A stretch of DNA of 64,000 nucleotides, from the NCBI GenBank assembly GCA_048571215.1, contig CP182352.1, positions 1,408,001 through 1,472,000 of the forward strand. The letters run 5' to 3'. This DNA is from Halarcobacter sp. (GTDB lineage: Bacteria > Campylobacterota > Campylobacteria > Campylobacterales > Arcobacteraceae). A model generated the notes under the pieces. It had not been told where the DNA came from, made no database searches, and worked only from the letters and a program-made list of their open reading frames with translations. Positions 43,137-53,439 of this stretch are shown here, one piece after another; position 1 is the stretch's first letter; every line of letters begins with the position of its first letter. A program made the position numbers and the translations under genes.

Positions 43137-44114
43137 ATGAGTAATAGTATATTAAAATTAATAAAAGCTTCTGCAACTGATGATAAATCCTATAAAGCAT
43201 TAGAAAAAATTTATAAATTATATGACCAATTACAATATTCTTCAAATATAAAACAAATGGCTGAGGATATATTTCTTTGGTTAAATACTAATTTTAATAT
43301 TGATAATGTTACCTTCTCTTTATTTGATATAGAAAGAAATAATAGAGAAAATATTTTTATAGAGGGGGAAGAGTTTAACTTAGATGATAACTTATCTTTT
43401 TTCTTTATTATAAATACACATACTAATCTTAATGCAATTGTATCTTTTGCAGCAAATACAAAAGAACACTATAAGATAATAAACTCACAATATGACACAA
43501 TTGAATCAGCACTATTTCAAATATCACCTATAATACAAAATGGTATTATCAAAAAGAATTTTATTGAATCATTATCTTTAGATTCAGTTACCCAAGTGTA
43601 CAACAGACACTATTTAATAGAAAATCTAAATAAACAAATACACTTATCAAGAAAAAACTACGACTATATATATTTTTTAATGATTGGTATAGACCATTTT
43701 AAAGCAGTTATTGATGAGTTTGATCATGATATTGGGGATCAAGTTTTAGTAGAATTAGCAAAGATTATACATACAAATATTTCAGAATTTGATATGGTTG
43801 CTAGACTTAGCGGAGATGAGTTTCTAATCTCTGTTTTAAGCACAACAAATAAAAAAGATATTATAAAAATGGCTGAAAATATTATCAAAGATTTTAGTGA
43901 GGTAAAGGTTTTAGTTAATCCAGAAATAAAACAAACACTTCAAAAAACTGTATGTATTGGAATAGACCTTTATGAAATTAGTAATAGTAGTGATAATATT
44001 GATAAAACAATTAAAAATGCAGATATTGCCCTATATGAAGCAAAAAACAAAGGTAGAAGTCAGTATTTTTTTTATAACCAACTTCAACCAGAGGATACTA
44101 TAGATTTATTCTAA
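43137..44114 (+). CDS. degenerate GGDEF-domain protein (SGDEF)
   Basis: GIDHFK, RLSGDEF, ADIALYEAKNKGR. Confidence 0.85.
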   Translation: MSNSILKLIKASATDDKSYKALEKIYKLYDQLQYSSNIKQMAEDIFLWLNTNFNIDNVTFSLFDIERNNRENIFIEGEEFNLDDNLSFFFIINTHTNLNAIVSFAANTKEHYKIINSQYDTIESALFQISPIIQNGIIKKNFIESLSLDSVTQVYNRHYLIENLNKQIHLSRKNYDYIYFLMIGIDHFKAVIDEFDHDIGDQVLVELAKIIHTNISEFDMVARLSGDEFLISVLSTTNKKDIIKMAENIIKDFSEVKVLVNPEIKQTLQKTVCIGIDLYEISNSSDNIDKTIKNADIALYEAKNKGRSQYFFYNQLQPEDTIDLF

Positions 44115-44117
44115 TAA

Positions 44118-45032
44118 TTATAGTATCTTTCTAGCTTTCATATAAACTCTTTTGGGAGCTGGATACCCTTCAACCGTTTTAGTTTTATCATTTGGGTCTA
44201 AAAAGTCCTCTAAACTTTGATCAAAAGACCATTTAGTTTTTCTTTGCTCCTCAGATGTAGTTGTAGTAGTTGCAATCACCTCAATATTTTCAAAACCTGC
44301 CCTACTTAGCCAATTTTTGAGTGCAGATATTGTTGGAATAAAATATATATTTGGGATCTTTGAGTATCTTTTATTTGGTGTTAAGCAAATCTCATCTTCC
44401 CCATCAATCATAAAAGTATCAATTAAGATTTCCCCTTTACTATTTAATCCCTTTGCTAGCGATTTTAAAGTACCTACAGGATCAGGTCTATGGTATAAAA
44501 CCCCCAGCATAAAAATAAAATCAAAACTATGGTTATAGTACTCTAAATGTTCAACACCCAACATCTCATAAACTATATTTGACTTTACAAAATGGTTTAT
44601 AAATTCAAATTGGTGCAAAGTCAAAGCAGATGGATCAAATCCAACAATTCTTTTTGGTTTATCCTCAAGCATTCTAAACATATAATAGCCATTGTTGCAC
44701 CCAATATCTGCAACAACCTTATCTTTTAGATTAAAATGTGGTCTTATTAGATTATATTTTATATTACTTTGCCATTCACTATCTATTTCAAGACCAAAGA
44801 TATTAAAAGGTCCTTTTCTCCAAGGTATAAGTTTTTTAGCAGTCTCCTCTATTAGATCATACTCTGTTTTAGTAAGATTCTTTTTTTCTCCTATACTAAA
44901 CCAATCCCCATAATCAATTTTTAACTTATCTTTATTTAGCTCAAATACTTTTAATAATTGTTCATACCAAGGTTGTACATTTTTCCATGACCTACAGTCA
45001 TCTTTTTTTTTCTTTAATTCTTCTAAGTTCAT
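44118..45032 (-). CDS. cmoB: tRNA cmo5U34 carboxymethyltransferase
   Basis: PWRKGPF, IDSEWQS, DIGCNNGYY, GVLYHR, TVEGYPAPKR. Start set at ATG 45032. Confidence 0.95.
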   Translation of the reverse strand: MNLEELKKKKDDCRSWKNVQPWYEQLLKVFELNKDKLKIDYGDWFSIGEKKNLTKTEYDLIEETAKKLIPWRKGPFNIFGLEIDSEWQSNIKYNLIRPHFNLKDKVVADIGCNNGYYMFRMLEDKPKRIVGFDPSALTLHQFEFINHFVKSNIVYEMLGVEHLEYYNHSFDFIFMLGVLYHRPDPVGTLKSLAKGLNSKGEILIDTFMIDGEDEICLTPNKRYSKIPNIYFIPTISALKNWLSRAGFENIEVIATTTTTSEEQRKTKWSFDQSLEDFLDPNDKTKTVEGYPAPKRVYMKARKIL

Positions 45033-45210
45033 AAGTGCAATTATAATCATAAATTATTAAATAGAAGTTTACAGCAAAAGAGATAATAAAGTTTTTTAGT
45101 TATAATTACGGAATTTTTATGTTTTGAATTCTTTAGGAGTATAAACTCCACGTTAAGTTTACATTTGAAATGTATAATATAGAAATATAATAGATAAAAA
45201 AGGATTTATA

Positions 45211-48018
45211 TTGAAAACTATTTGGGATTTTATATCCTCATTTAAATTAACACTAGTTTTATTTTTAATTTTAGCTATAGGAGCCGGTGTTGCAACTTTT
45301 ATTGAAAATGACTTTGGAACATCAACTGCTAGAGTTTTAGTTTATAATAACCTGTGGTATGAGGCAGCATTAGTATTAATTACAATAAATCTAATGGCAG
45401 TTATCTACAAATATAAAATGTGGAAACATAAGGCAAGGTTTTTGTTTCACCTTTCATTTGTAATAATTTTATTAGGAGCAGGTGTTACAAGATATATTGG
45501 ATATGAAGGAATTGTTCATATAAGAGAGGGTCAAACTCAAGATAAAATGATCTCACTAGAACCTTATTTACAAGTGAAAATCAAACAAAAAGATGCAACT
45601 TACTACAAAGAATACCCTTTGGAATTTGCAGCTTCAAGTTTTAGAAAAGGTATGTCAGAAGGTTCAAAAGGTGGAATTGTTCAATTATTTTCAGAAATGT
45701 TAAATAGATTTAATTATGATGTTAAATTCAATAATAAAAATTTAAATATAAAATATGATGATTACCTTGTAAGTAAAAAAGGTAAGGCAGAGATGGGAAT
45801 TTTAACTGTTGATTTAACTTTAAATGGACAAACTAAAACCGTCAGACTTCCAGGAAAAAGAGGGATGAAAGGTATTTCAAAAGTTGAAGATTTTGGAGAT
45901 ACAATTGTAACGCTAGAATATGGTTCAAAAACATTACAACTACCTTTTGCAATAAAACTAAGAGATTTTCAACTTGATAGATACCCAGGAAGTATGGCAC
46001 CATCTTCTTATGCCTCTGAGGTTACAGTTATTAAAAAAGATGGCGAGAATTTTGACTATAGGATATTTATGAATAGAACACTACACCAAGGAAACTTTTT
46101 ATTCTTTCAAAGTTCATACGACCCAGATGAACTAGGAACTGTACTTTCTGTAAATAACGACCCAGGGAAATGGCCTACTTATTTAGGATATTTTTTATTA
46201 ACTCTTGGTCTAATTTTAAACCTTTTTGATAAGAAATCTAGATTTTGGAAACTAACAAAATATGTTAGTAGTAAAAATGCAGCAGCTTTTATCATCTCAT
46301 TATTCTTTGCTTTATCTTCACATAACTTAGAAGCAAATGACAATGTTACTACACAACAGCAAGATATTAAAAAAAATATGGCAGAGTATTTAGTACGATT
46401 TAAAGAGAATTCGAAAGCAACAGCAGAACAGTTCTCAAAAATAGTAGTACAAAGTCATGGTGGTAGAATGAAACCTCTTAATACTCTAAACAGAGAAATA
46501 TTAAGTAAACTTAGTTCTAAAACTTCAATGTTTGATATGAATGCTGATCAAATCATCTTAGGAATGTTAACAAGACCTGAAATTTGGCGAAATTTTAGAA
46601 TGATTAAGATAAAAACACCTAAATTGAAAAAACTCTTAAGCATAGATCAATCAAGAAAATATATCTCGTTTACTGAAGTATTTAAAGATGGTAAATATCT
46701 ACTTCAAAAAGAGGCACAAAAAGCTTCAATGACTCAACCTAACCAAAGGGGTACTTTTGAAAAGGATATTATAAAATTAGATGAAAAACTAAATGTTGCT
46801 TATATGGTTTATAATGGAAACCTATTTAGAATGTTTCCACAAACCAATGCAAATGACAATAATAAATGGTATCCGCCACTTGAAGCTATGGAAACCTTTA
46901 AAGGGGATAATCAAAAAGCTATAGAAGCCCTAGTTAGAGGTTTTATTAACTCTGTTATAGAAGAGGATTGGAACCTAGCAAATAAATTTATAGATATGAT
47001 AAAACAATACCAAGCACAAGTTGGTAAAGATATTATGCCTCCTCAAAGTCAAATTGACAATGAGATATTTTTTAATAAAATAGATATTTTTCCTAAGCTA
47101 ACCTTAGCATATGTATTTTTTGGTCTAATTATGTTGATTGCTGCTTTTGTAGTAGTATTTAACCCAAAAATAAAACCTAGAAAAACAACTTTATTTTTCT
47201 TTGTTATCTTAGCTTTACTTTTTGCAGTTCATACTTTTGGAATGGGATATAGATGGCTTATATCAGGACATGCACCTTGGTCTAATACATACGAATCCCT
47301 TTTATATATCTCTTGGTCTGCAGTATTTGCGGGAGTAATATTTTTTAGGAAATCTTTACTTGCCTTAAGTGCTGCAATTATTGTTGCTGGTATATTTATG
47401 TTTACAGCACATTTAACAAGTATTGACCCACAAATTACAAACTTAGTACCGGTTTTAAAATCATATTGGTTAACAATACATGTTTCAATTTTAACAGCCT
47501 CATATGGTTTCTTTGGACTTGGTGCAATATTGGGATTTATGTCACTTATAATGTTTATTTTTAGAAAAAATAGACCTCACTTAGATGAGACTATTAAGCA
47601 TATAGCAGCTATTAATGAAATAGCACTTATTATTGGTCTTAGTGCTATTACAATAGGAAACTTCTTAGGTGGTGTTTGGGCAAATGAATCATGGGGTAGA
47701 TATTGGGGTTGGGACCCTAAAGAGACTTGGGCATATGTATCAATAGTTACTTATGCTTTAGTTGTGCACCTTAGATTTGTAAAAAAATTCAATACACCTT
47801 TTGTATTCTCTACTGCATCACTTTTGGCATTTGGAACAATCTTAATGACCTACTTTGGTGTTAACTTTTATCTATCAGGACTTCACTCTTATGCAACAGG
47901 TGATCCAGTACCAATTCCAGCATGGGTATATGTTGTAACAGGACTAGTTTTCGTTACTATTGCACTTGCTTATAGAAATAGAGACTTAAAAGATACAATC
48001 TGTCATTCAAAAGGGTAA
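45211..48018 (+). CDS. ccsA: fused system II cytochrome c synthase CcsBA
   Basis: ResB-like N-terminus (YPGS..PSSY.SEV, FFQSSYD); WWD domain GGVWANESWGRYWGWDPKETW; GLHSYA. Confidence 0.93.
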   Translation: MKTIWDFISSFKLTLVLFLILAIGAGVATFIENDFGTSTARVLVYNNLWYEAALVLITINLMAVIYKYKMWKHKARFLFHLSFVIILLGAGVTRYIGYEGIVHIREGQTQDKMISLEPYLQVKIKQKDATYYKEYPLEFAASSFRKGMSEGSKGGIVQLFSEMLNRFNYDVKFNNKNLNIKYDDYLVSKKGKAEMGILTVDLTLNGQTKTVRLPGKRGMKGISKVEDFGDTIVTLEYGSKTLQLPFAIKLRDFQLDRYPGSMAPSSYASEVTVIKKDGENFDYRIFMNRTLHQGNFLFFQSSYDPDELGTVLSVNNDPGKWPTYLGYFLLTLGLILNLFDKKSRFWKLTKYVSSKNAAAFIISLFFALSSHNLEANDNVTTQQQDIKKNMAEYLVRFKENSKATAEQFSKIVVQSHGGRMKPLNTLNREILSKLSSKTSMFDMNADQIILGMLTRPEIWRNFRMIKIKTPKLKKLLSIDQSRKYISFTEVFKDGKYLLQKEAQKASMTQPNQRGTFEKDIIKLDEKLNVAYMVYNGNLFRMFPQTNANDNNKWYPPLEAMETFKGDNQKAIEALVRGFINSVIEEDWNLANKFIDMIKQYQAQVGKDIMPPQSQIDNEIFFNKIDIFPKLTLAYVFFGLIMLIAAFVVVFNPKIKPRKTTLFFFVILALLFAVHTFGMGYRWLISGHAPWSNTYESLLYISWSAVFAGVIFFRKSLLALSAAIIVAGIFMFTAHLTSIDPQITNLVPVLKSYWLTIHVSILTASYGFFGLGAILGFMSLIMFIFRKNRPHLDETIKHIAAINEIALIIGLSAITIGNFLGGVWANESWGRYWGWDPKETWAYVSIVTYALVVHLRFVKKFNTPFVFSTASLLAFGTILMTYFGVNFYLSGLHSYATGDPVPIPAWVYVVTGLVFVTIALAYRNRDLKDTICHSKG

Positions 48019-48033
48019 TATCCCCTTTTGAAT
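48006..48033 (+). terminator. terminator-like hairpin at the end of ccsBA
   Basis: ATTCAAAAGGG...CCCTTTTGAAT. Confidence 0.65.
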
Positions 48034-48119
48034 ATTCAAAAAAATTATTTATTCTTAACTTCTAATTAATTAATTTTAAACATTAATTCATATATAATTC
48101 CCTTAAGGATTTATTTAGT

Positions 48120-48857
48120 ATGATTAAAAATAGGTTACAAGAGATAATTGCATTTACAAAAAATTTAAAAGTATTATATATTGAAGATAATGTAGATGTA
48201 AGAGAACAAACACTTAAGATGTTAAATATCTTTTTTCATAATATTATTGTTGGCTCAAATGGCGATGAAGGATTAATTATCTTTAAAGCTAATAATAACT
48301 ATGAAAATAAAAACTTTGATTTAATTATTACAGATATTGAAATGCCTGTTATTGATGGTATCTCTATGATTAACTCTATTAGACAAATCAATAGACATAT
48401 TCCTATTTTAGTATTTTCTGCCCATAGTAATCCTGATTATATGTTACAAACAATAAATGCAGGGATAGATGGCTATCTTTTAAAACCATACAATATAGAA
48501 CAAATTTCAAACACACTAATGAATGTAATTGAAAAAAATAAATTAACTAAAATCAATGATAATAGAGTTAATCTAGATTTTGATTTTTCTTGGGATAGTG
48601 ATAACTCAATTTTATATAAAAATGGTGAAGTGGTTAAACTTACAAAAAATGAAATAATGCTATTTAAACTATTTATAAACTCTAAAGGCTTATTAAAAAC
48701 TTATGATGAAATAGAAAACTTTATTTTTGATGGAAATAGTTCTAATAATAAAAGGGTTAGAAACTTAGTTTCAAGACTAAAAACTAAACTAAACCATGAA
48801 CTTTTTGAAGCTATATACTCACATGGTTATAAACTAAGATATAAAAGATTTGATTAA
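48120..48857 (+). CDS. OmpR-family response regulator
   Basis: LYIEDN, ITDIEMP, LTKNE, VSRLK.K, HGYKL. Confidence 0.92.
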   Translation: MIKNRLQEIIAFTKNLKVLYIEDNVDVREQTLKMLNIFFHNIIVGSNGDEGLIIFKANNNYENKNFDLIITDIEMPVIDGISMINSIRQINRHIPILVFSAHSNPDYMLQTINAGIDGYLLKPYNIEQISNTLMNVIEKNKLTKINDNRVNLDFDFSWDSDNSILYKNGEVVKLTKNEIMLFKLFINSKGLLKTYDEIENFIFDGNSSNNKRVRNLVSRLKTKLNHELFEAIYSHGYKLRYKRFD

Positions 48858-48863
48858 ATATTA

Positions 48864-51698
48864 ATGCACTTCTTAAAAATATTTATTCTAATTTTACTAG
48901 TAAGTAATATATATGCAAAAACTGATATTGAACTAACAGATAAAGAGATAGAGTTTTTAAAAAACAACTCCCCTATTAGACTACACAACGAACAAAATTG
49001 GCCCCCATATAACTACTTTGAAAATGGAAAACCAAAAGGTTTTTCAATCGATTATATGAATCTTTTAGCAAAAAAACTTGATATAAAAGTGAAATATATA
49101 ACTGGTCCATCTTGGGATGAGTTTATGCAAATGTTACAAAATGATCAACTAGATGCTATTATTAATATCTCTAAAAATGCTCAAAGAGCTAAAAATATCT
49201 CTTTTACATCCATATTTCATACAGCAGCAAATGCTATTTATGTAAAAAAAGGCAATGAGAGTATAGATTCATTAGATAAATTAGAGGGAAAAACAATAGT
49301 TATGCCAAAGGGTTTTTTTGCTCAAAAAGCTATAGAAAAGTATTATCCTAAGATAAAACAAATTCTAGTTAAAGATTCCCTAGAAGCACTTAAGTTTCTC
49401 TCTTTGGGGAAAGCTGATGCAACTATTGGGAAAAAAAATGTATTAGACTATGTAATTGCCTTAAACAATATCTCAGGAGTTGTTCCTACAAACTTTATTT
49501 ATGATAATAGAATGATAAGTTTAATAAGAATTGGAACATCAAAAGATAAAACTATCTTAAGAGATATTTTTGAAAAAGCCATGCAAACAGTTAGTGATGA
49601 AGAACTTCTAAGCCTAAAAAGAAAATGGTTTGGCGTAAGAAAAGTGGAAAAAAAAGAAAATAATAAGCTTTTATCAAATGAAGAAAATGAATTTATTCAA
49701 AATAAAAAAGTGATTACAGTTTGTACAAGAAAAAATTTAAAACCTATTGATTATTATGAAAATGGTAATTATCTAGGTATCTCAATAGATATTTTAGAAA
49801 AAATTGAAGAACTTACAGGAATAGAGTTTCAAACATTAAAAGTAAAATCATTATCACAACTAAAAAGTTATTTGAAACTAGGTCTTTGTGAGGTGGTATC
49901 TTCGGTGACAAATACTCAAGATATATTAGAATATGTCAAATTTACAGAACCTTATTTAGACTATAAATTAGCAATAATTACAAAAAAAGATAAACCTGTA
50001 GTTTCTAGTTTAGAATCTATTTTAGAAAAAAAAGTTGCAGTTAAACAGAACTCTCAGATTGAACACTTGCTTAAATTATCAAATAAAAACCCAAATATTA
50101 TTTATACAAAAAATGACAAGGATAGTTTTAACTTAGTTAATTTGGGACAGGTTTATTATACAATACAACCACTTCCCATTGCTTCATATTACATGTCAAA
50201 TTATGCTTTAAATGACCTTTATATCTCCAGATATACAAATATGTCATATAAAGTAAGTATGGCTGTAAATAGAAACTCTGATGAAAGATTATTAAATATT
50301 TTAAATAAATCATTAAACCACCTATCTCAAAAACAAATAAATGAGATATCAAATAAATGGACTGCCATCAATATAAGTTCAATATTTGATTATAAATATT
50401 TTTGGCAACTATTTTTTTCTATGATTCTTATCCTAATAATCTTTATATATAGACAAACTATTTTAAATAGACATAATAAAGTACTACAAAAAGCAAAAGA
50501 AGAGATAGAGAATAAAACAATAGAATTAGCAAAACAAAAAAAATTGTTTGAAAATCTATATATTAAATCAGCAGATGGGGTTCTACTAATAAAAGATAAT
50601 ATAATCATTAACTGCAATGAATCCTCACTTAAAATACTAAACAGAACAAAAGATAAAATTCTAAATTCAAAACTTTATGAACTTTCACCAGAATACCAAA
50701 CAATAAATATTTTATCAAAAAAGCAATTTGAAGAGAAAATAAAAGAAACTAAAAAGAATGGTGTTAGCTCTTTTGAATGGATAATATTAGATGGTAAAGG
50801 GAAAAAAATAGATGTAGAGATAGTTTTAACTTTAATACAAATAGATAACAACGATGTTATTCATGCAGTGATAAGAGATATAACTATTAGAAAACATTTA
50901 GAAAAAGAACTTGCTCAACTTAACTCTACATTGGAAAATAGAGTAAAAGAAGAGATCAAAAAAAATGAATTAAATACAAAACAATTAATAGAAAAATCAA
51001 GACTTGCTCAAATGGGGGAGATGCTTGCAATGATAGCCCACCAGTGGAGACAACCATTAACAGCAATTTCTGCTACAACTAATAATCTCATTATGAAAAC
51101 ATTAATACATAATAATCTTGATAAAAAAACCTTTGAAGAGGAATTAAAACTAATAGCTAACTATTCAAACCACTTATCTACTACTATAGATGATTTTAGG
51201 AATTTTTTCAAGAATAATAAAGAAAAATCAAATTTTAACCTGGAACAATTAATATTTAAATCTATCGATTTAGTAAAAAACTCATTAACTCAAAATAGTA
51301 TAGACTTAAGAACTAAATTTAATTGCTCAATTAATCTTATCTCATATCCAAATGAGATACAACAAGTTTTATTAAATCTAATAAAAAATTCCGAAGATAT
51401 TCTTATTGAAAATAATAAAGAAAAGAGAATTATAGAGATTGAAACATCAAAAAAAGATAATAAATTTGCTATTATAAGGATATATGATAATGGTGGAGGT
51501 ATAGATGAAGAGGTTATTGAAAAAATTTTTGATCCATACTTTTCAACAAAACTTTCTAAAGATGGTACAGGTTTGGGGCTTTATATGAGTAAAATAATTA
51601 TAAATGATCACTGCAAAGGTAGTTTATTTGCAAAAAATGAATACAATGGAATAAGCTTTTATATCCATTTACCACTAGATGATAAAGAGTTATTATGA
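48864..51698 (+). CDS. sensor histidine kinase with tandem periplasmic solute-binding domains and PAS (BvgS/EvgS-like input)
   Basis: NWPPY..GFSIDY and second GISIDI SBP repeats, TM, PAS, IAHQWRQPL, GTGLGLY. Confidence 0.9.
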   Translation: MHFLKIFILILLVSNIYAKTDIELTDKEIEFLKNNSPIRLHNEQNWPPYNYFENGKPKGFSIDYMNLLAKKLDIKVKYITGPSWDEFMQMLQNDQLDAIINISKNAQRAKNISFTSIFHTAANAIYVKKGNESIDSLDKLEGKTIVMPKGFFAQKAIEKYYPKIKQILVKDSLEALKFLSLGKADATIGKKNVLDYVIALNNISGVVPTNFIYDNRMISLIRIGTSKDKTILRDIFEKAMQTVSDEELLSLKRKWFGVRKVEKKENNKLLSNEENEFIQNKKVITVCTRKNLKPIDYYENGNYLGISIDILEKIEELTGIEFQTLKVKSLSQLKSYLKLGLCEVVSSVTNTQDILEYVKFTEPYLDYKLAIITKKDKPVVSSLESILEKKVAVKQNSQIEHLLKLSNKNPNIIYTKNDKDSFNLVNLGQVYYTIQPLPIASYYMSNYALNDLYISRYTNMSYKVSMAVNRNSDERLLNILNKSLNHLSQKQINEISNKWTAINISSIFDYKYFWQLFFSMILILIIFIYRQTILNRHNKVLQKAKEEIENKTIELAKQKKLFENLYIKSADGVLLIKDNIIINCNESSLKILNRTKDKILNSKLYELSPEYQTINILSKKQFEEKIKETKKNGVSSFEWIILDGKGKKIDVEIVLTLIQIDNNDVIHAVIRDITIRKHLEKELAQLNSTLENRVKEEIKKNELNTKQLIEKSRLAQMGEMLAMIAHQWRQPLTAISATTNNLIMKTLIHNNLDKKTFEEELKLIANYSNHLSTTIDDFRNFFKNNKEKSNFNLEQLIFKSIDLVKNSLTQNSIDLRTKFNCSINLISYPNEIQQVLLNLIKNSEDILIENNKEKRIIEIETSKKDNKFAIIRIYDNGGGIDEEVIEKIFDPYFSTKLSKDGTGLGLYMSKIIINDHCKGSLFAKNEYNGISFYIHLPLDDKELL

Positions 51699-52108
51699 AT
51701 AATGATTTAGCAGAACTGATTAAATACACAAAAAATTTAAAAATTTTATTTATTGAAGATAATAAAGAGGTAAGAAATCAACTTATAAAATTCCTTAACA
51801 ACTTCTTTTTAGATATAGATGTAGCTTGTGATGGCTCTGATGCCCTTGATATATATATAAATAACAACCATCAATATGATTTAATAATCACAGATATCAG
51901 CATGCCAAAACTTGATGGTATTGAGTTTAGTAAAAAAGTCAAAGACCTAAATAAAGAGCAAACTATTTTAATCATATCTGCCCATACAGAAACTGATAAA
52001 TTAAATACCTTAAGGCAATTAGGGGTTTTTGATATTATTCAAAAACCTGTAGGATATGAAAAACTAATTGAAGTCTTAGGGAGTGTTAGAAAATCTGTGT
52101 CAGTCTGA
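51695..52108 (+). CDS. single-domain response regulator with C-terminus altered by IS256
   Basis: LFIEDN, ITDISMP, QKP. The last 9 residues are encoded by the IS left end. Confidence 0.88.
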   Translation: MNNDLAELIKYTKNLKILFIEDNKEVRNQLIKFLNNFFLDIDVACDGSDALDIYINNNHQYDLIITDISMPKLDGIEFSKKVKDLNKEQTILIISAHTETDKLNTLRQLGVFDIIQKPVGYEKLIEVLGSVRKSVSV

Positions 52109-53408
52109 TATAATAAATATTATAAGGATTGATATAGATGGAAAAGAAAAAACAATTTGATTTTAATGAAGCTGTACAAGATTTACTTGCAGGTAAAAAT
52201 ATCAATGGTAAAGATGGAGTACTTGCTCCATTAGTAAAACAATTAGTTGAAGCTGCTTTAGAAGCAGAATTAGATTCTCATATAACTCAAGATGTATTTG
52301 CAGGAAATAAAAATAGAAAGAATGGTAAAAGCTCTAAAACAATAAAATCAACAAGTGGTTCCTTTGAATTGAATACTCCAAGAGATAGAACAGGTTCTTT
52401 TGAACCACAACTTGTAAAGAAAAACCAAACAACAATGTCTAATGAAATAGAAGAAAAGATATTATCTATGTATGGCTTAGGATTAAGCTATAGAGATATT
52501 ATAAAACATATTGAAGAGATATATCAAATACAATTATCAAGTGCAACAATAAGCACTATTACAGATAAAATTATAGATAAGGTAAAAGCTTGGCAAAGTA
52601 GACCTTTAGAAGCTATTTATCCATTTGTATGGCTTGATGCGATACATTATAAAATAAAAGATGGTGGGAAGTATGTGAGTAAAGCAGTTTACACAGTTTT
52701 AGGGATGGGAATTGATGGTAAAAAAGATATATTAGGATTATATTTATCCCAAAGTGAAGGAGCAAACTTCTGGCTTAGTGTTCTTACTGATTTAAATAAT
52801 AGAGGATTAGAAGATATACTAATTGCATCAGTAGATGGTCTTAAAGGCTTTCCTGAAGCTATTAAAACAATATATCCAAATACCGAAGTACAACTTTGTG
52901 TTGTACATCAAATTCGTAATTCATTGAAGTATGTAGCTTCTAAAGACCAAAAAGAGTTTATGAGAGATTTAAAACTTGTTTATCAAGCAACAACAAAAGA
53001 ACTTGCAGAAGATGAGCTTTTAAAACTAGATGAAAAATGGGGGAAAAGATATCCCATAGTACTTCAATCTTGGCAAAATAAATGGGAGAATTTATCTTAT
53101 TATTTTAAATATCCAAAAGAGATAAGAAAGATTATGTACACTACAAATATTATTGAATCTGTACATAGGCAATTTAGAAAATTAACCAAAACAAAAGGAG
53201 CTTTCCCTAATGAGAATTCACTTTTAAAATTGTTGTATATGGGAATATTAAATGCAAAAGTAAAATGGACTCAGCCAGTGCATAATTGGAGTTTAACAAT
53301 CTCCCAACTTGCTATATTTTTCGAAGGGAGATTGGATAATTATTTAGAGTTGTAACAAGTATGGATTTGTTACTTTAGGTGACTTGACACAGATTTTTGA
53401 ACGGTCTC
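52079..53408 (+). mobile_element. IS256-family insertion sequence, 1330 bp, 8-bp TSD
   Basis: Imperfect IRs GGGAGTGTTAGAAAATCTGTGTCA (52079-52102) and TGACACAGATTTTTGAACGGTCTC (53385-53408). Direct repeat AAGTCTTA at 52071-52078 and 53409-53416. Confidence 0.96.
52138..53355 (+). CDS. IS256-family (Mutator) DDE transposase
   Basis: PRDR.GSFEP, WQSRPL, WLDA, VDGLKGF, QLCVVH..RN, YTTN.IES. Confidence 0.96.
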   Translation: MEKKKQFDFNEAVQDLLAGKNINGKDGVLAPLVKQLVEAALEAELDSHITQDVFAGNKNRKNGKSSKTIKSTSGSFELNTPRDRTGSFEPQLVKKNQTTMSNEIEEKILSMYGLGLSYRDIIKHIEEIYQIQLSSATISTITDKIIDKVKAWQSRPLEAIYPFVWLDAIHYKIKDGGKYVSKAVYTVLGMGIDGKKDILGLYLSQSEGANFWLSVLTDLNNRGLEDILIASVDGLKGFPEAIKTIYPNTEVQLCVVHQIRNSLKYVASKDQKEFMRDLKLVYQATTKELAEDELLKLDEKWGKRYPIVLQSWQNKWENLSYYFKYPKEIRKIMYTTNIIESVHRQFRKLTKTKGAFPNENSLLKLLYMGILNAKVKWTQPVHNWSLTISQLAIFFEGRLDNYLEL

Positions 53409-53439
53409 AAGTCTTATTAAAACTAATGAATAACTAAGC

